From Candidatus Omnitrophota bacterium (lineage in GTDB: Bacteria; Omnitrophota; Omnitrophia; Omnitrophales; Aquincolibacteriaceae): DNA of 64,000 nt. The position numbers and the translations under genes were made by a program. The DNA lies in NCBI GenBank assembly GCA_003140935.1, contig PLLJ01000042.1, positions 10,144 through 74,143 of the forward strand, given 5' to 3'. Under the pieces are notes generated by a model, which saw only the letters and a list, made by a program, of their open reading frames with translations, ran no database searches and was not told the origin of the DNA. Below, piece after piece: positions 47,732 to 56,778 of this stretch (its first letter is position 1; each line of letters starts with the position of its first letter).

Positions 47732-47862
47732 TCAGGGGGCGGTCAAAGCATCTCGGGAATCCGTTTGATATAAGAGGGATTCCATGGTGTAATATGCCAG
47801 TTCGATAAAATCCCCCCGGAGAAATGTCGCGAGAATTTTTCTCTGTCAAATGAAGGGTGAAA

Positions 47863-48660
47863 ATGGAACAACCGAAATACAAATACATTTACGGGCCCGT
47901 TTCTTCCTGGAGGCTGGGTCGTTCTTTGGGGATTGATCCGATCTCCTCATTCCAGAAGACCTGCACATTCGATTGCGTATATTGCCAGTCGGGGAGGACC
48001 GAAGTCTTCTCGGATCGGCGTGAAGTTTATGTTCCGACCGAAGCCTTGATCCATGAATTGAACTCCTTGCCCGAAGTTTCCGTCGACTATGTCACTTTTG
48101 CCGGGCACGGCGAGCCTACGCTCGCGAAAAATCTTGGAGGAATGATCCGCGCGGTTAAAATGATCCGGAAAGAGAAAGTCGCGGTGATCACGAACTCCTC
48201 GCTGATCGACCGCAAGGATGTCGTGGAGGACCTGCTTCTCGCGGATCTCGTGGAAGCAAAACTTGATGCGTCCTCTTCCGAATCCTTCAAAGTGATCAAT
48301 CGGCCCATGCCGGAGATCCTCTGGGAAGATATGGTGGGAGGATTGAAGACTTTCCGGAAGGTTTTTAAAGGATATTTGGCCTTGCAGGTCATGTTTATGG
48401 CGAGTAATAAGGCTTGTGCTGCCGCTATCGCGCAAATTGCGCACCAGATCACTCCCAACGAGGTCGAGATCAATACACCTCTCCGGGCTTGTGCCGTGAA
48501 GCCGTTGTCGATAGAGGAAATAGAGGAAATAACGGCGATCTTTCGCGGGGTTTGCGGTGCTGAGAGTAAGGTGCGAAACGTGTATGAAGTGAAACGTGAA
48601 AAGATACAGCCGTTCTGCCAGCCATCGACGGAACGGCGACGGGGGAAAGAGAATTCGTAA
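47863..48660 (+). CDS. Radical SAM protein
   Basis: YGPVSSWRLGRSLGID, CTFDCVYC, GHGEPTL, ITNSSL. Confidence 0.9.
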   Translation: MEQPKYKYIYGPVSSWRLGRSLGIDPISSFQKTCTFDCVYCQSGRTEVFSDRREVYVPTEALIHELNSLPEVSVDYVTFAGHGEPTLAKNLGGMIRAVKMIRKEKVAVITNSSLIDRKDVVEDLLLADLVEAKLDASSSESFKVINRPMPEILWEDMVGGLKTFRKVFKGYLALQVMFMASNKACAAAIAQIAHQITPNEVEINTPLRACAVKPLSIEEIEEITAIFRGVCGAESKVRNVYEVKREKIQPFCQPSTERRRGKENS

Positions 48661-48661
48661 A

Positions 48662-49630
48662 ATGAAAGACATTTCAAACGACGCACTCGCGCAGGAACTT
48701 CTGGGGCAGATCGCCCGTCTTAAAAAAGAACGGGAGGCCGTGATCCTGGCGCATAATTACCAGCCGCCGGAGATCCAGGACCTTGCCGATTTTACCGGTG
48801 ATTCGCTCGAACTGAGCCGCATGGCGGCCAAAACGCCTGCCAAAGTGATCGTTTTTTGCGGTGTTCAGTTCATGGGAGAGACTGCGGCGATCCTTTCTCC
48901 GGATAAGACCGTGCTCCTGCCCGTTCTGGAGGCCGGCTGCACCCTTGCCGATTATGCGACTGCGGAGAGACTTCGCGAGGCGAAAGAAAAAAATCCGGAC
49001 GCTGTGGTGGTGACCTATGTAAACAGTTCCGCGGAGGTGAAAGCGGAAAGCGACATCTGTTGCACCTCCGCCAACGCCGTCCAGATCGTCCAGGCGATCG
49101 ACCGAAACCGGCCGATCCTCTTTGTCCCGGACTATAATTTGGGGCATTATGCGGCGAAGATGGCGCAACGTGAGATCATCCTGTGGGACGGCTGCTGTCC
49201 AACGCACGCTCTCCTATCGACTTTTGCGATAGCGGAGGCGAGAAAGAAATGGCCGGGGGCGCAGGTGATCATGCATCCGGAGTGCAAACCCGAGACCCTG
49301 GAACTTGCCGATTTTATAGGGAGCACTTCGGGGATGCTCAGCTATGTCAAAACGCAACCGGCAGGGACGTCCTTTATCGTCGGGACTGAGGTGGGGTTGC
49401 TCCACCGCATGCAGAAGGAAAATCCGGGCAAGACATTTCATGTTGCCTCGGATTATCTGATCTGTCCGATGATGAAGATGACGACCTTGAAGGATGTGAA
49501 AGACTCACTTGAAAAGATGCGTTATGCCGTCAAGGTCGAAGCATCCGTTCGTTTGCGCGCGAAGGCCGCGGTGGATGCCATGCTCCAATACACCGGTACG
49601 GTTGTGCACAAATCGCAAAAGATGAAATGA
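48662..49630 (+). CDS. nadA: Quinolinate synthase
   Basis: ILAHNYQ, GDSL, FCGVQFMGET, YVNSSA, HPEC, GTEVG, ICPMMK. Confidence 0.96.
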   Translation: MKDISNDALAQELLGQIARLKKEREAVILAHNYQPPEIQDLADFTGDSLELSRMAAKTPAKVIVFCGVQFMGETAAILSPDKTVLLPVLEAGCTLADYATAERLREAKEKNPDAVVVTYVNSSAEVKAESDICCTSANAVQIVQAIDRNRPILFVPDYNLGHYAAKMAQREIILWDGCCPTHALLSTFAIAEARKKWPGAQVIMHPECKPETLELADFIGSTSGMLSYVKTQPAGTSFIVGTEVGLLHRMQKENPGKTFHVASDYLICPMMKMTTLKDVKDSLEKMRYAVKVEASVRLRAKAAVDAMLQYTGTVVHKSQKMK

Positions 49631-51408
49631 AAGGAACGAAAATGAAAAAAGCTGTGAATCCCGGGATTGAAGCGATCCAAAAACACGGAAGCCGGGTGGT
49701 GGGCGAGGGCATGCACATGCTGCCGGCTGCGGGACTGATGGTGGCCGCGGGTGTTTTAGGAGAGGTGGCCGACCGGAAGAAAAAATTTGTGACCGTCATT
49801 AATTCCTACACGACTCATATCCCGGGTCATGTTCATTTGAATGTCCTGGGGGAGAAGCTTGTGACCGCGCTTAAGACCAAAGGCTATAACGTCTGGTACG
49901 CGAATATCGGGGCGGCCATTTGCGACGGCATCGCGATGGGCCATTTCGGGATGAAATACTCGCTCCCTTCCCGCGAGCTGATCACGGACCAGATCGAAAG
50001 CATCGTGGGGGCTCATCCCTGCGACGGTTGGATCGGAATCGGCAATTGCGACAAGATCGTTCCGGGGATGTTGAATGCCATGGTGCGCCTGAATATCCCT
50101 TCGGTCTATGTGAGCGGCGGGCCGATGCTTGCGGGCGCAAAGAATACCGATCTCATTACGATCTTTGAGGGTGTGGGGAGCGAAGCGGCCGGCAAGATGT
50201 CTCCGGGCCACCTTGAAGATCTTGCCAATACCGCGTGCCGCACCTGCGGAAGCTGCGCGGGAATGTTCACGGCCAATTCCATGAATTGTCTGGCCGAGGC
50301 GATCGGATTGGCGCAGCCGGGGAACGGCACGATCCCTGCGGCGGTGTGGACCGATGCGAAAAAAACATCTTGGGCGATCAATCCTGAGCGTATCAGGCTG
50401 GTCGAACAGGCGGCGGACACTTTAGAGAACGCGCTTCTCAACAATATCCGTCCGCTCGATATTGTGACCAAGGCGTCGATCGATAATGCTTTTATTCTCG
50501 ACCTGGCCATGGGCGGTTCGAGTAACACGGTCCTTCACACGCTGGCGCTGGCGTGCGAGGCCGGTATTGCTTATTCCATCAAACGGATCAATCAGCTCGC
50601 TAAACTGACGCCCACGGTCTGTAAAGTGTCGCCGTCGCGTCCTGAAATCCATCTCGAAGATGTTCATCGTAAAGGCGGGATCGCGACGATCTTGAAATCA
50701 GTTTCTCAAGATGGCCGGGCGCCGCTCGATCTTGACCTCAAGACATGCGTAGGAAGTTTGCGGAACATGGTGGAAAAAGCACCGGATCCCGATGGCGATG
50801 TGATCCGTTCCGGAGAGAAAGTTTTTTCGAAAGAAGGCGGACTCGCGGTCCTGTATGGAAATATCGCGCCGGAAGGTGCGGTAGTAAAGACGGCCGGCGT
50901 GGATAAAGACATGATGCAATTCACCGGACGCGCGAAGTGCTACGATTCGCAGGAAAGCGCGCTTGAAGCAATCCTGAAGGGCAAGGTCGTGGACGGTGAT
51001 GTCGTGGTGATCCGCTATGAAGGACCCAAGGGCGGGCCGGGAATGCAGGAAATGCTCTCACCGACCTCGGCCCTGAAAGGCCGGGAGATCAAGGCGGCGC
51101 TGATCACGGACGGACGTTTCTCCGGTGGGACGCGCGGACTTTGTATCGGGCATATTTCGCCGGAAGCCGCCGCGGGAGGACCAATCGCGATCATTAAAAA
51201 TGGTGATACGATCAGAATCGATGCCACAAAAAGGACGATGGATGTCGACCTTCCGGCCCAAGAGATCAAAAAGCGGCTCTCCCAACTCAAACCCTTTACA
51301 CCCAAAGTCACGGGGGGATGGTTGGGCCGGTATGCCCGTCACGTCTTGAGTGCTCATACGGGCGCCGTGATGGATAACGTTGTTTTATTTTTGGGCCGGA
51401 GGAAGTAA
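49627..51408 (+). CDS. ilvD: Dihydroxy-acid dehydratase
   Basis: PGHVHL, CDGIAMGH, NCDK, GSCAGMFTANSM, YEGPKGGPGM, TDGRFSGG; start at 49627 or 49642. Confidence 0.95.
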   Translation: MKGTKMKKAVNPGIEAIQKHGSRVVGEGMHMLPAAGLMVAAGVLGEVADRKKKFVTVINSYTTHIPGHVHLNVLGEKLVTALKTKGYNVWYANIGAAICDGIAMGHFGMKYSLPSRELITDQIESIVGAHPCDGWIGIGNCDKIVPGMLNAMVRLNIPSVYVSGGPMLAGAKNTDLITIFEGVGSEAAGKMSPGHLEDLANTACRTCGSCAGMFTANSMNCLAEAIGLAQPGNGTIPAAVWTDAKKTSWAINPERIRLVEQAADTLENALLNNIRPLDIVTKASIDNAFILDLAMGGSSNTVLHTLALACEAGIAYSIKRINQLAKLTPTVCKVSPSRPEIHLEDVHRKGGIATILKSVSQDGRAPLDLDLKTCVGSLRNMVEKAPDPDGDVIRSGEKVFSKEGGLAVLYGNIAPEGAVVKTAGVDKDMMQFTGRAKCYDSQESALEAILKGKVVDGDVVVIRYEGPKGGPGMQEMLSPTSALKGREIKAALITDGRFSGGTRGLCIGHISPEAAAGGPIAIIKNGDTIRIDATKRTMDVDLPAQEIKKRLSQLKPFTPKVTGGWLGRYARHVLSAHTGAVMDNVVLFLGRRK

Positions 51409-51421
51409 GAAGGATTTTCCG

Positions 51422-52609
51422 ATGAAGGCTATTCCGATAGCGAAAAATATCTGGTGGGTCGGAGCGATCGATTGGAATGCTCATCATTTTCACGGGCAGA
51501 CTTTTACCACGAAGCGCGGCACGACCTATAACGCCTATCTGATCCTCGATGAAAAAGTTACGCTGATCGATACGGTCTACGGCCCCTTCACGGAAGAGAT
51601 GCTCCAGAGGATCCGGACCGTGCTTCCGCCCGAAAAGATCGATACCATCATCGTCAATCACATCGAACCCGATCATTCCGGAGCGTTACCCGCCCTCGTC
51701 AAGCTTTGTCCCAAAGCCAGGATCTACGGGAGCGCGCGTGCAGGGCAGGGGCTTGAGCGTTATTACCAGCAGAAGCTCGATTTTCACTCCGTGAAGACCG
51801 GCGACCGGCTGAGTCTCGGGAAAAGGACGCTTCAATTCATCGAGATTCCGATGATCCATTGGCCGGACAGCATGATGAGCTATATGATCGAAGACCAAAT
51901 CCTTTTCTCCAACGACGCGTTCGGTCAGCACTATGCCACGAGCGAGCGCTTTGATGACGAGGTGCCGCAAGAAACCCTCATGGAAGAGGCCGGAAAATAT
52001 TATGCCGGTATTCTTTGGCCGTTCAGCCAATTGATCACCCAACGGCTCGCGGAGATCGAGAAGATGGCCATTCCCATCAAGATGATCGCCACATCCCACG
52101 GACTCAGTTGGCGGAAAGATCCGGGAAAGATCCTTCAAGCCTATCAACGCTGGGCCTCAAATGAAACAAAACCCAAGATCGTCGTGGTTTATGAAACGAT
52201 GTGGGGTTCCACCGCGAAAATGGCGCAAAAGATCGTGGAGGGCATCCATGACGCGGGGGTGAAATTCGAGCTTTATGATATGGCTCAATCGGACCGCACG
52301 GAGGTGATCCACGACATGCTTGATGCCAAGGCCTTCATCGTGGGTTCTTCGAACCATGACAGCGGGATCCTGCCGAACATGACTTCTTTTATGGAATGCC
52401 TCAAGGGACTGCATCCGAAAAAGCGTATCGGTTGTGCATTTGGTTCCTACGGTTGGTCCGGGATCGCGATCCAATCGCTTCAAAATACACTTGCGGCGGC
52501 AGGGGTTGAGGTCGTCCAGCCTTTGCTTTCGGTGGTTTATGCTCCGGATGAAGGGCAGCTTGCCGCCTGCTATGAACTCGGTAAAAAAATGGCGGCACTT
52601 GTCAAATGA
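51422..52609 (+). CDS. fprA: Flavodiiron protein (FprA/NorV/ROO-type)
   Basis: GTTYNAYLI, NHIEPDHSG, HWPDSM, SNDAFGQH; flavodoxin motifs TMWGST, FGSYGW. Confidence 0.93.
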   Translation: MKAIPIAKNIWWVGAIDWNAHHFHGQTFTTKRGTTYNAYLILDEKVTLIDTVYGPFTEEMLQRIRTVLPPEKIDTIIVNHIEPDHSGALPALVKLCPKARIYGSARAGQGLERYYQQKLDFHSVKTGDRLSLGKRTLQFIEIPMIHWPDSMMSYMIEDQILFSNDAFGQHYATSERFDDEVPQETLMEEAGKYYAGILWPFSQLITQRLAEIEKMAIPIKMIATSHGLSWRKDPGKILQAYQRWASNETKPKIVVVYETMWGSTAKMAQKIVEGIHDAGVKFELYDMAQSDRTEVIHDMLDAKAFIVGSSNHDSGILPNMTSFMECLKGLHPKKRIGCAFGSYGWSGIAIQSLQNTLAAAGVEVVQPLLSVVYAPDEGQLAACYELGKKMAALVK

Positions 52610-52726
52610 CCGCATCATCTTGCGGGACGCAAGTTGCTGCGGGGATTTTCCGCCACACTGCCTTGGACGGATCCGTCCTTTGGCGGAGATCCGCCGTTTT
52701 GGACAGATAGAAAGGGGGGGAGGACC

Positions 52727-53221
52727 GTGGAAACCTTGGATGCCCTTGCGAAGCGCGCCAGCGTTCGCGATTATATGAACCAGCCAGTTCCGAAGGACAT
52801 GCTGGAAAAGCTCGTGGATGCGGGACGGCGTGCGCCGAGCGCCCGGGCGGTCGAGCCGTGGGAATTCGTGGTGATCATCGGCCGTGCGATGCTCGATAAG
52901 CTCGCCGGGATCATCAGCACGGGGGTGTTCCTCAAACAAGCGACGGCCTGCATTGTGGTTTTTTGCCAGGATACAAAATATTATCTCGAGGACGGCTCCG
53001 CGGCGACCGAGAACATTCTCCTCGCGGCAACGGACCTGGGGCTCGGCACTTGTTGGGTCGCGGGTGATAAAAAAGAGTATTGTGAAGAAGTCTCGAGGCT
53101 TCTCGGAGCGCCGGAACACTTAAAACTCATCAGTCTGATCTCGGTCGGATGGGCCGTACGTGAACCTAAACAACACAAACGCCGCACCCTCTCTGAAGTT
53201 CTGCACTGGGAAAAGATTTAA
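52727..53221 (+). CDS. Nitroreductase family protein
   Basis: GTG start after GGAGG; RASVRDY, APSA..PWEF, LGLGTCWV. Confidence 0.9.
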   Translation: METLDALAKRASVRDYMNQPVPKDMLEKLVDAGRRAPSARAVEPWEFVVIIGRAMLDKLAGIISTGVFLKQATACIVVFCQDTKYYLEDGSAATENILLAATDLGLGTCWVAGDKKEYCEEVSRLLGAPEHLKLISLISVGWAVREPKQHKRRTLSEVLHWEKI

Positions 53222-53243
53222 CCGTGATGACCCTGGTTGCCGT

Positions 53244-54452
53244 ATGAACATTGATCTTGTAAGAAAAATCGACCTCTGGTTCGGGGTTCCCCTCTGTTTT
53301 TTAGTAAGTGTCTTTAACCGCATCGTGATTTTTTTTCGCCGTACCCGCCCGGCCCCTCGGCCTATCCGCAATATCCTTTTCATCAAGTTCTCCGAATTAG
53401 GAGCCATTATTTTATCGTTTCCACTCATGGCCCGTTTAAAGCGGGAATATCCCGATGCTCAGTTCTATTTTTTGACTTTCAAGAAAAATCAAGAAATTTT
53501 CCGTTTTATGGAAGGGATCATTCCTGAAAAAAATTTATACGTGATTCGCGAAAGTCCTTTGGGATTTGTCTTCGATATTTTGACGGCGATCATTCGGTTG
53601 CGCCACGAGGATATGGATTTCATTTTTGACCTCGAATTTTTTTCCCGTATTTCCGCGCTTTTAACGTATTTCATCCACGCGCCGAAACGGATAGGATTTG
53701 ACCGTTATACGTTTGAGGGGCTCTATCGCGGGAGTCTTATGACCCACAGGGTGTCCTACAACCCTTTGCTCCATGTCACCAAGAACTTTTTAGCTCTCTG
53801 CCAAGACATTCAAAAACCGGCGAAGACAAGTCCCGAACTTTTTTTTCCGACAAACCCTAAGGACCTTGTTTTTCCGAGGTACACTCCCGACAAAGAGGTG
53901 CGTGAAAGGCTTCTTCGCAAGCTCAAAGAACAGAAAAAAATTATTTTGTGGGAGAAAGTATTTCTTATTAATCCCGGCGAGGGAATGCTTCCTTTAAGAG
54001 AATGGCCTCTCGAGCGTTTTATCGAATTGACCCGGTTGATCCTCCAGGACACGTTGGCATGTGTGATCCTTGTCGGAGTGGACGGTGTAGCAGGGAAAGC
54101 CGACCGGATGGTCGAGGCCGTTGCCGACCCGCGATGCTTCAGTCTCACGGGTCAAACTTCGTTGGAAGAGTTATTAGAGCTTTTTTCGATGTCTCACGTT
54201 CTCATCTCCAATGATTGCGGTCTCGCTCATATAGCGATGCTTACCTCCCTCAAAATCATCACTCTTTTCGGACCCGAGAGCCCGAAGATCTTTGGCCCCC
54301 TGACAGAGTGTAGTCATGTGGTCTACGCCGACTGGCCTTGTTCACCTTGTTTGTCCGCTTTGAATCATCGCGACTCCGCTTGTCGTGACAACATGTGCCT
54401 TAAATCCATTACCGTGGCTGATATCCTTCAGCTGATTCCAGGAAGATCTTAA
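53244..54452 (+). CDS. Glycosyltransferase family 9 (heptosyltransferase-like)
   Basis: ELGAII, WPLERF, SNDCGLAH, LFGPE, CSPC...C. Confidence 0.88.
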   Translation: MNIDLVRKIDLWFGVPLCFLVSVFNRIVIFFRRTRPAPRPIRNILFIKFSELGAIILSFPLMARLKREYPDAQFYFLTFKKNQEIFRFMEGIIPEKNLYVIRESPLGFVFDILTAIIRLRHEDMDFIFDLEFFSRISALLTYFIHAPKRIGFDRYTFEGLYRGSLMTHRVSYNPLLHVTKNFLALCQDIQKPAKTSPELFFPTNPKDLVFPRYTPDKEVRERLLRKLKEQKKIILWEKVFLINPGEGMLPLREWPLERFIELTRLILQDTLACVILVGVDGVAGKADRMVEAVADPRCFSLTGQTSLEELLELFSMSHVLISNDCGLAHIAMLTSLKIITLFGPESPKIFGPLTECSHVVYADWPCSPCLSALNHRDSACRDNMCLKSITVADILQLIPGRS

Positions 54453-54453
54453 G

Positions 54454-56160
54454 GTGTCCATTTTAAATAAAGCCTCCCTCGCTCCTAGTATCCCTGTTCT
54501 TGTAGCTTTGCTAGTCCTGATCCCGGCCCTGGTGTACATGGGTTCGCTTCAAAATGGGTTTATTTGGGATGACGATTTAGTGATCACGCATAACGACTTT
54601 GTGAAGTCCTGGAAAAATTTCCCTATGATTTTCACCAAAGCCTACCTGAGTCCTTTTAGTCCGCTCGAAGAGGGAGTCTATCCCGGTTCTGGCGAAACAA
54701 CCTACCGTCCCGTCGTAACCATGTCTTATTTTTTGGACTATGCGATATGGAAAATGAACCCTTTTGGATACCATCTCACCAACTTGGCATGGCATTTATT
54801 GAATGTTTTGCTTTTATTTTTCTTTGCGGGGCTGTTGTTAAAAAAGTGGTGGGGCGCCTTTTGGGTTGCATTGCTTTTTGCCGTTCATCCGGTCAATTCA
54901 GAGGCCGTTAGCGTCATATCCTTTCGGGAAGATCTTCTTGTTTTTTTCTTTTACATCGGAACATGGATCCTCTTCATCCTCAAAGATCGCGCCCCAGGCA
55001 AGCAACAAGGGGTCTTCTCCCTTGCATCAGCAAGCTGTTTCTTTCTCGCGCTTTTTTCCAAAGAAATGGCCATTACCTTGCCGATCACCCTGATCGCGTA
55101 TGACTACTTTTTCACATTCGGTCAAAAGTGGAAAGAACTCGTTTCGCAAGCCCGGTCGCGATACGGTCTTTATTTTCTGATCGTTTTTCTTTACCTGGGA
55201 GTGTGGTTTTATTTTAAGCAGGAAGGGCTCACAGCGTCTTATCCGTATCCGGGCGGGAGCTTCTATACGAACTTCCTGACCATGGCAAAAGTATTTGCTG
55301 TGTATCTCCAGTGGATCCTTTTCCCTTTTCGCGTTCATCCGACCTTGCAATCGACGTTTCCCCCTATCATGGCTCATTCCATTCTGGAACCGAAAGTGCT
55401 GTTTTCGATCGGAGTGATTTTCGCGTACGCTCTCACTGTCCTTATGTTAAGAAAGAAGAAAAGAGAAATATCTTTCGCGCTCTTATGGTTTTGCGTGGCC
55501 CTTTTGCCGGTCAGCAATCTCATCCCGATCGCATCGATCATAGCGAGCCGTTATTTGTATTTACCCCTCGCAGGTTTTTCGATGGCGATCGCGCTGTTTT
55601 TTTTGGAGATTTTCGAGCTTCGCGTTCCCCTGATTTCTGAAGCCTTTTGGAAAAGACTTGTCCTGGATTTTTCCATTATCGTATTAGCGCTCTTGAGTAT
55701 GATCACAGTACTTATGCATCCCATCTGGAAGAACAATATCTCTTTGTGGACAAAAATAAGTTCTGAGTATCCTCGCGATCCGGACTCGCATTTGAACCTG
55801 GCCTATTTTTGGGGAGAGCTCGGACGATTGGATCAGGCGATCCGTGAATATGAAATGGCGATACAACTGTATCCGGTATATCCTGTTGCGTACAACAAAT
55901 ATGGCGCCACACTCGGAAGTTTTGGGCATTATCAAAAAGCGTTAAAGCTTTTCAAGGAAGCGATCCGTCTCGATCCTCAGTCTGTTTGCGCCTATAACAA
56001 TCTCGGGGCAACTTATGCTAATCTGAAAAATTGGGGGGAGGCGGAGAAAGCGTGGCGACAGGCATTGGTGCTGAATCCCAACAACGGCGACGTGCAAAGA
56101 AATCTCAAAAAGCTCGAGGAGTTTTCCCCTTATCGAAAAAATGACGCAAAGATGCGATAA
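54454..56160 (+). CDS. TMTC-like (DUF1736/GT-C) membrane glycosyltransferase with C-terminal TPRs
   Basis: FIWDD, YRP, HLTNL.WH, HPVNSEAV, SKE, RYLYLP, TPR repeats; GTG start. Confidence 0.85.
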   Translation: MSILNKASLAPSIPVLVALLVLIPALVYMGSLQNGFIWDDDLVITHNDFVKSWKNFPMIFTKAYLSPFSPLEEGVYPGSGETTYRPVVTMSYFLDYAIWKMNPFGYHLTNLAWHLLNVLLLFFFAGLLLKKWWGAFWVALLFAVHPVNSEAVSVISFREDLLVFFFYIGTWILFILKDRAPGKQQGVFSLASASCFFLALFSKEMAITLPITLIAYDYFFTFGQKWKELVSQARSRYGLYFLIVFLYLGVWFYFKQEGLTASYPYPGGSFYTNFLTMAKVFAVYLQWILFPFRVHPTLQSTFPPIMAHSILEPKVLFSIGVIFAYALTVLMLRKKKREISFALLWFCVALLPVSNLIPIASIIASRYLYLPLAGFSMAIALFFLEIFELRVPLISEAFWKRLVLDFSIIVLALLSMITVLMHPIWKNNISLWTKISSEYPRDPDSHLNLAYFWGELGRLDQAIREYEMAIQLYPVYPVAYNKYGATLGSFGHYQKALKLFKEAIRLDPQSVCAYNNLGATYANLKNWGEAEKAWRQALVLNPNNGDVQRNLKKLEEFSPYRKNDAKMR

Positions 56161-56345
56161 GATATAAAATGCTATTTGCCTCAATGCGGCAGCATCCTTA
56201 AAAGCGGTCCTCCTTATAAAAAACTCATCCGAAATAAGATGCAAGATAGAATAATTTGACGTATAGTACGGCATCAAAAATGACGTTCTCCTCTGGGGCG
56301 CTTTGTCCCGGAGGGCGCGCAACATAACGAAGGAGATTCACCGTA

Positions 56346-56546
56346 ATGGCAAAAGGTAAAGTCAAGTGGTTCAATAATCAAAAAGGTTATGGATTCATCA
56401 CGCCTGAGAATGGCGCCGATGTGTTTGTCCATCACACTGCGATCCAGGGCGAAGGCTACAAGTCTTTGGAAGAAGGCCAGGCTGTGGAGTTTGAGATCAC
56501 CCAAGGTCCTAAGGGCGATCAGGCAGTCAACGTCGTCAAGATCTAA
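56346..56546 (+). CDS. cspA: Cold-shock protein
   Basis: [16 protein letters not shown]. Confidence 0.96.
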   Translation: MAKGKVKWFNNQKGYGFITPENGADVFVHHTAIQGEGYKSLEEGQAVEFEITQGPKGDQAVNVVKI

Positions 56547-56559
56547 AGGTCCGTAAAGT

Positions 56560-56595
56560 CCGGGGCCCGGTCTTAAAGCCGGGCCCCGGTTTTTT
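56560..56595 (+). terminator. Rho-independent terminator after csp
   Basis: ccggggcccggt / gccgggccccgg stem followed by T6. Confidence 0.9.
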
Positions 56596-56778
56596 AGCAC
56601 CGTTTCACATTTGATTTTTAGGGGTAAACGGTGCAATACTGTTAACCCATGAAATCAAATGGAGAACAGTATTAGAGTCCAAGCTCTTCTTTTTATCCCG
56701 CCTGTAAGGTCGTGAGACTCCGTTTGTCGTTCCTTTGCCAACAGGCAAACGTATGGGGGAAAATTTCACTGAGGATTT

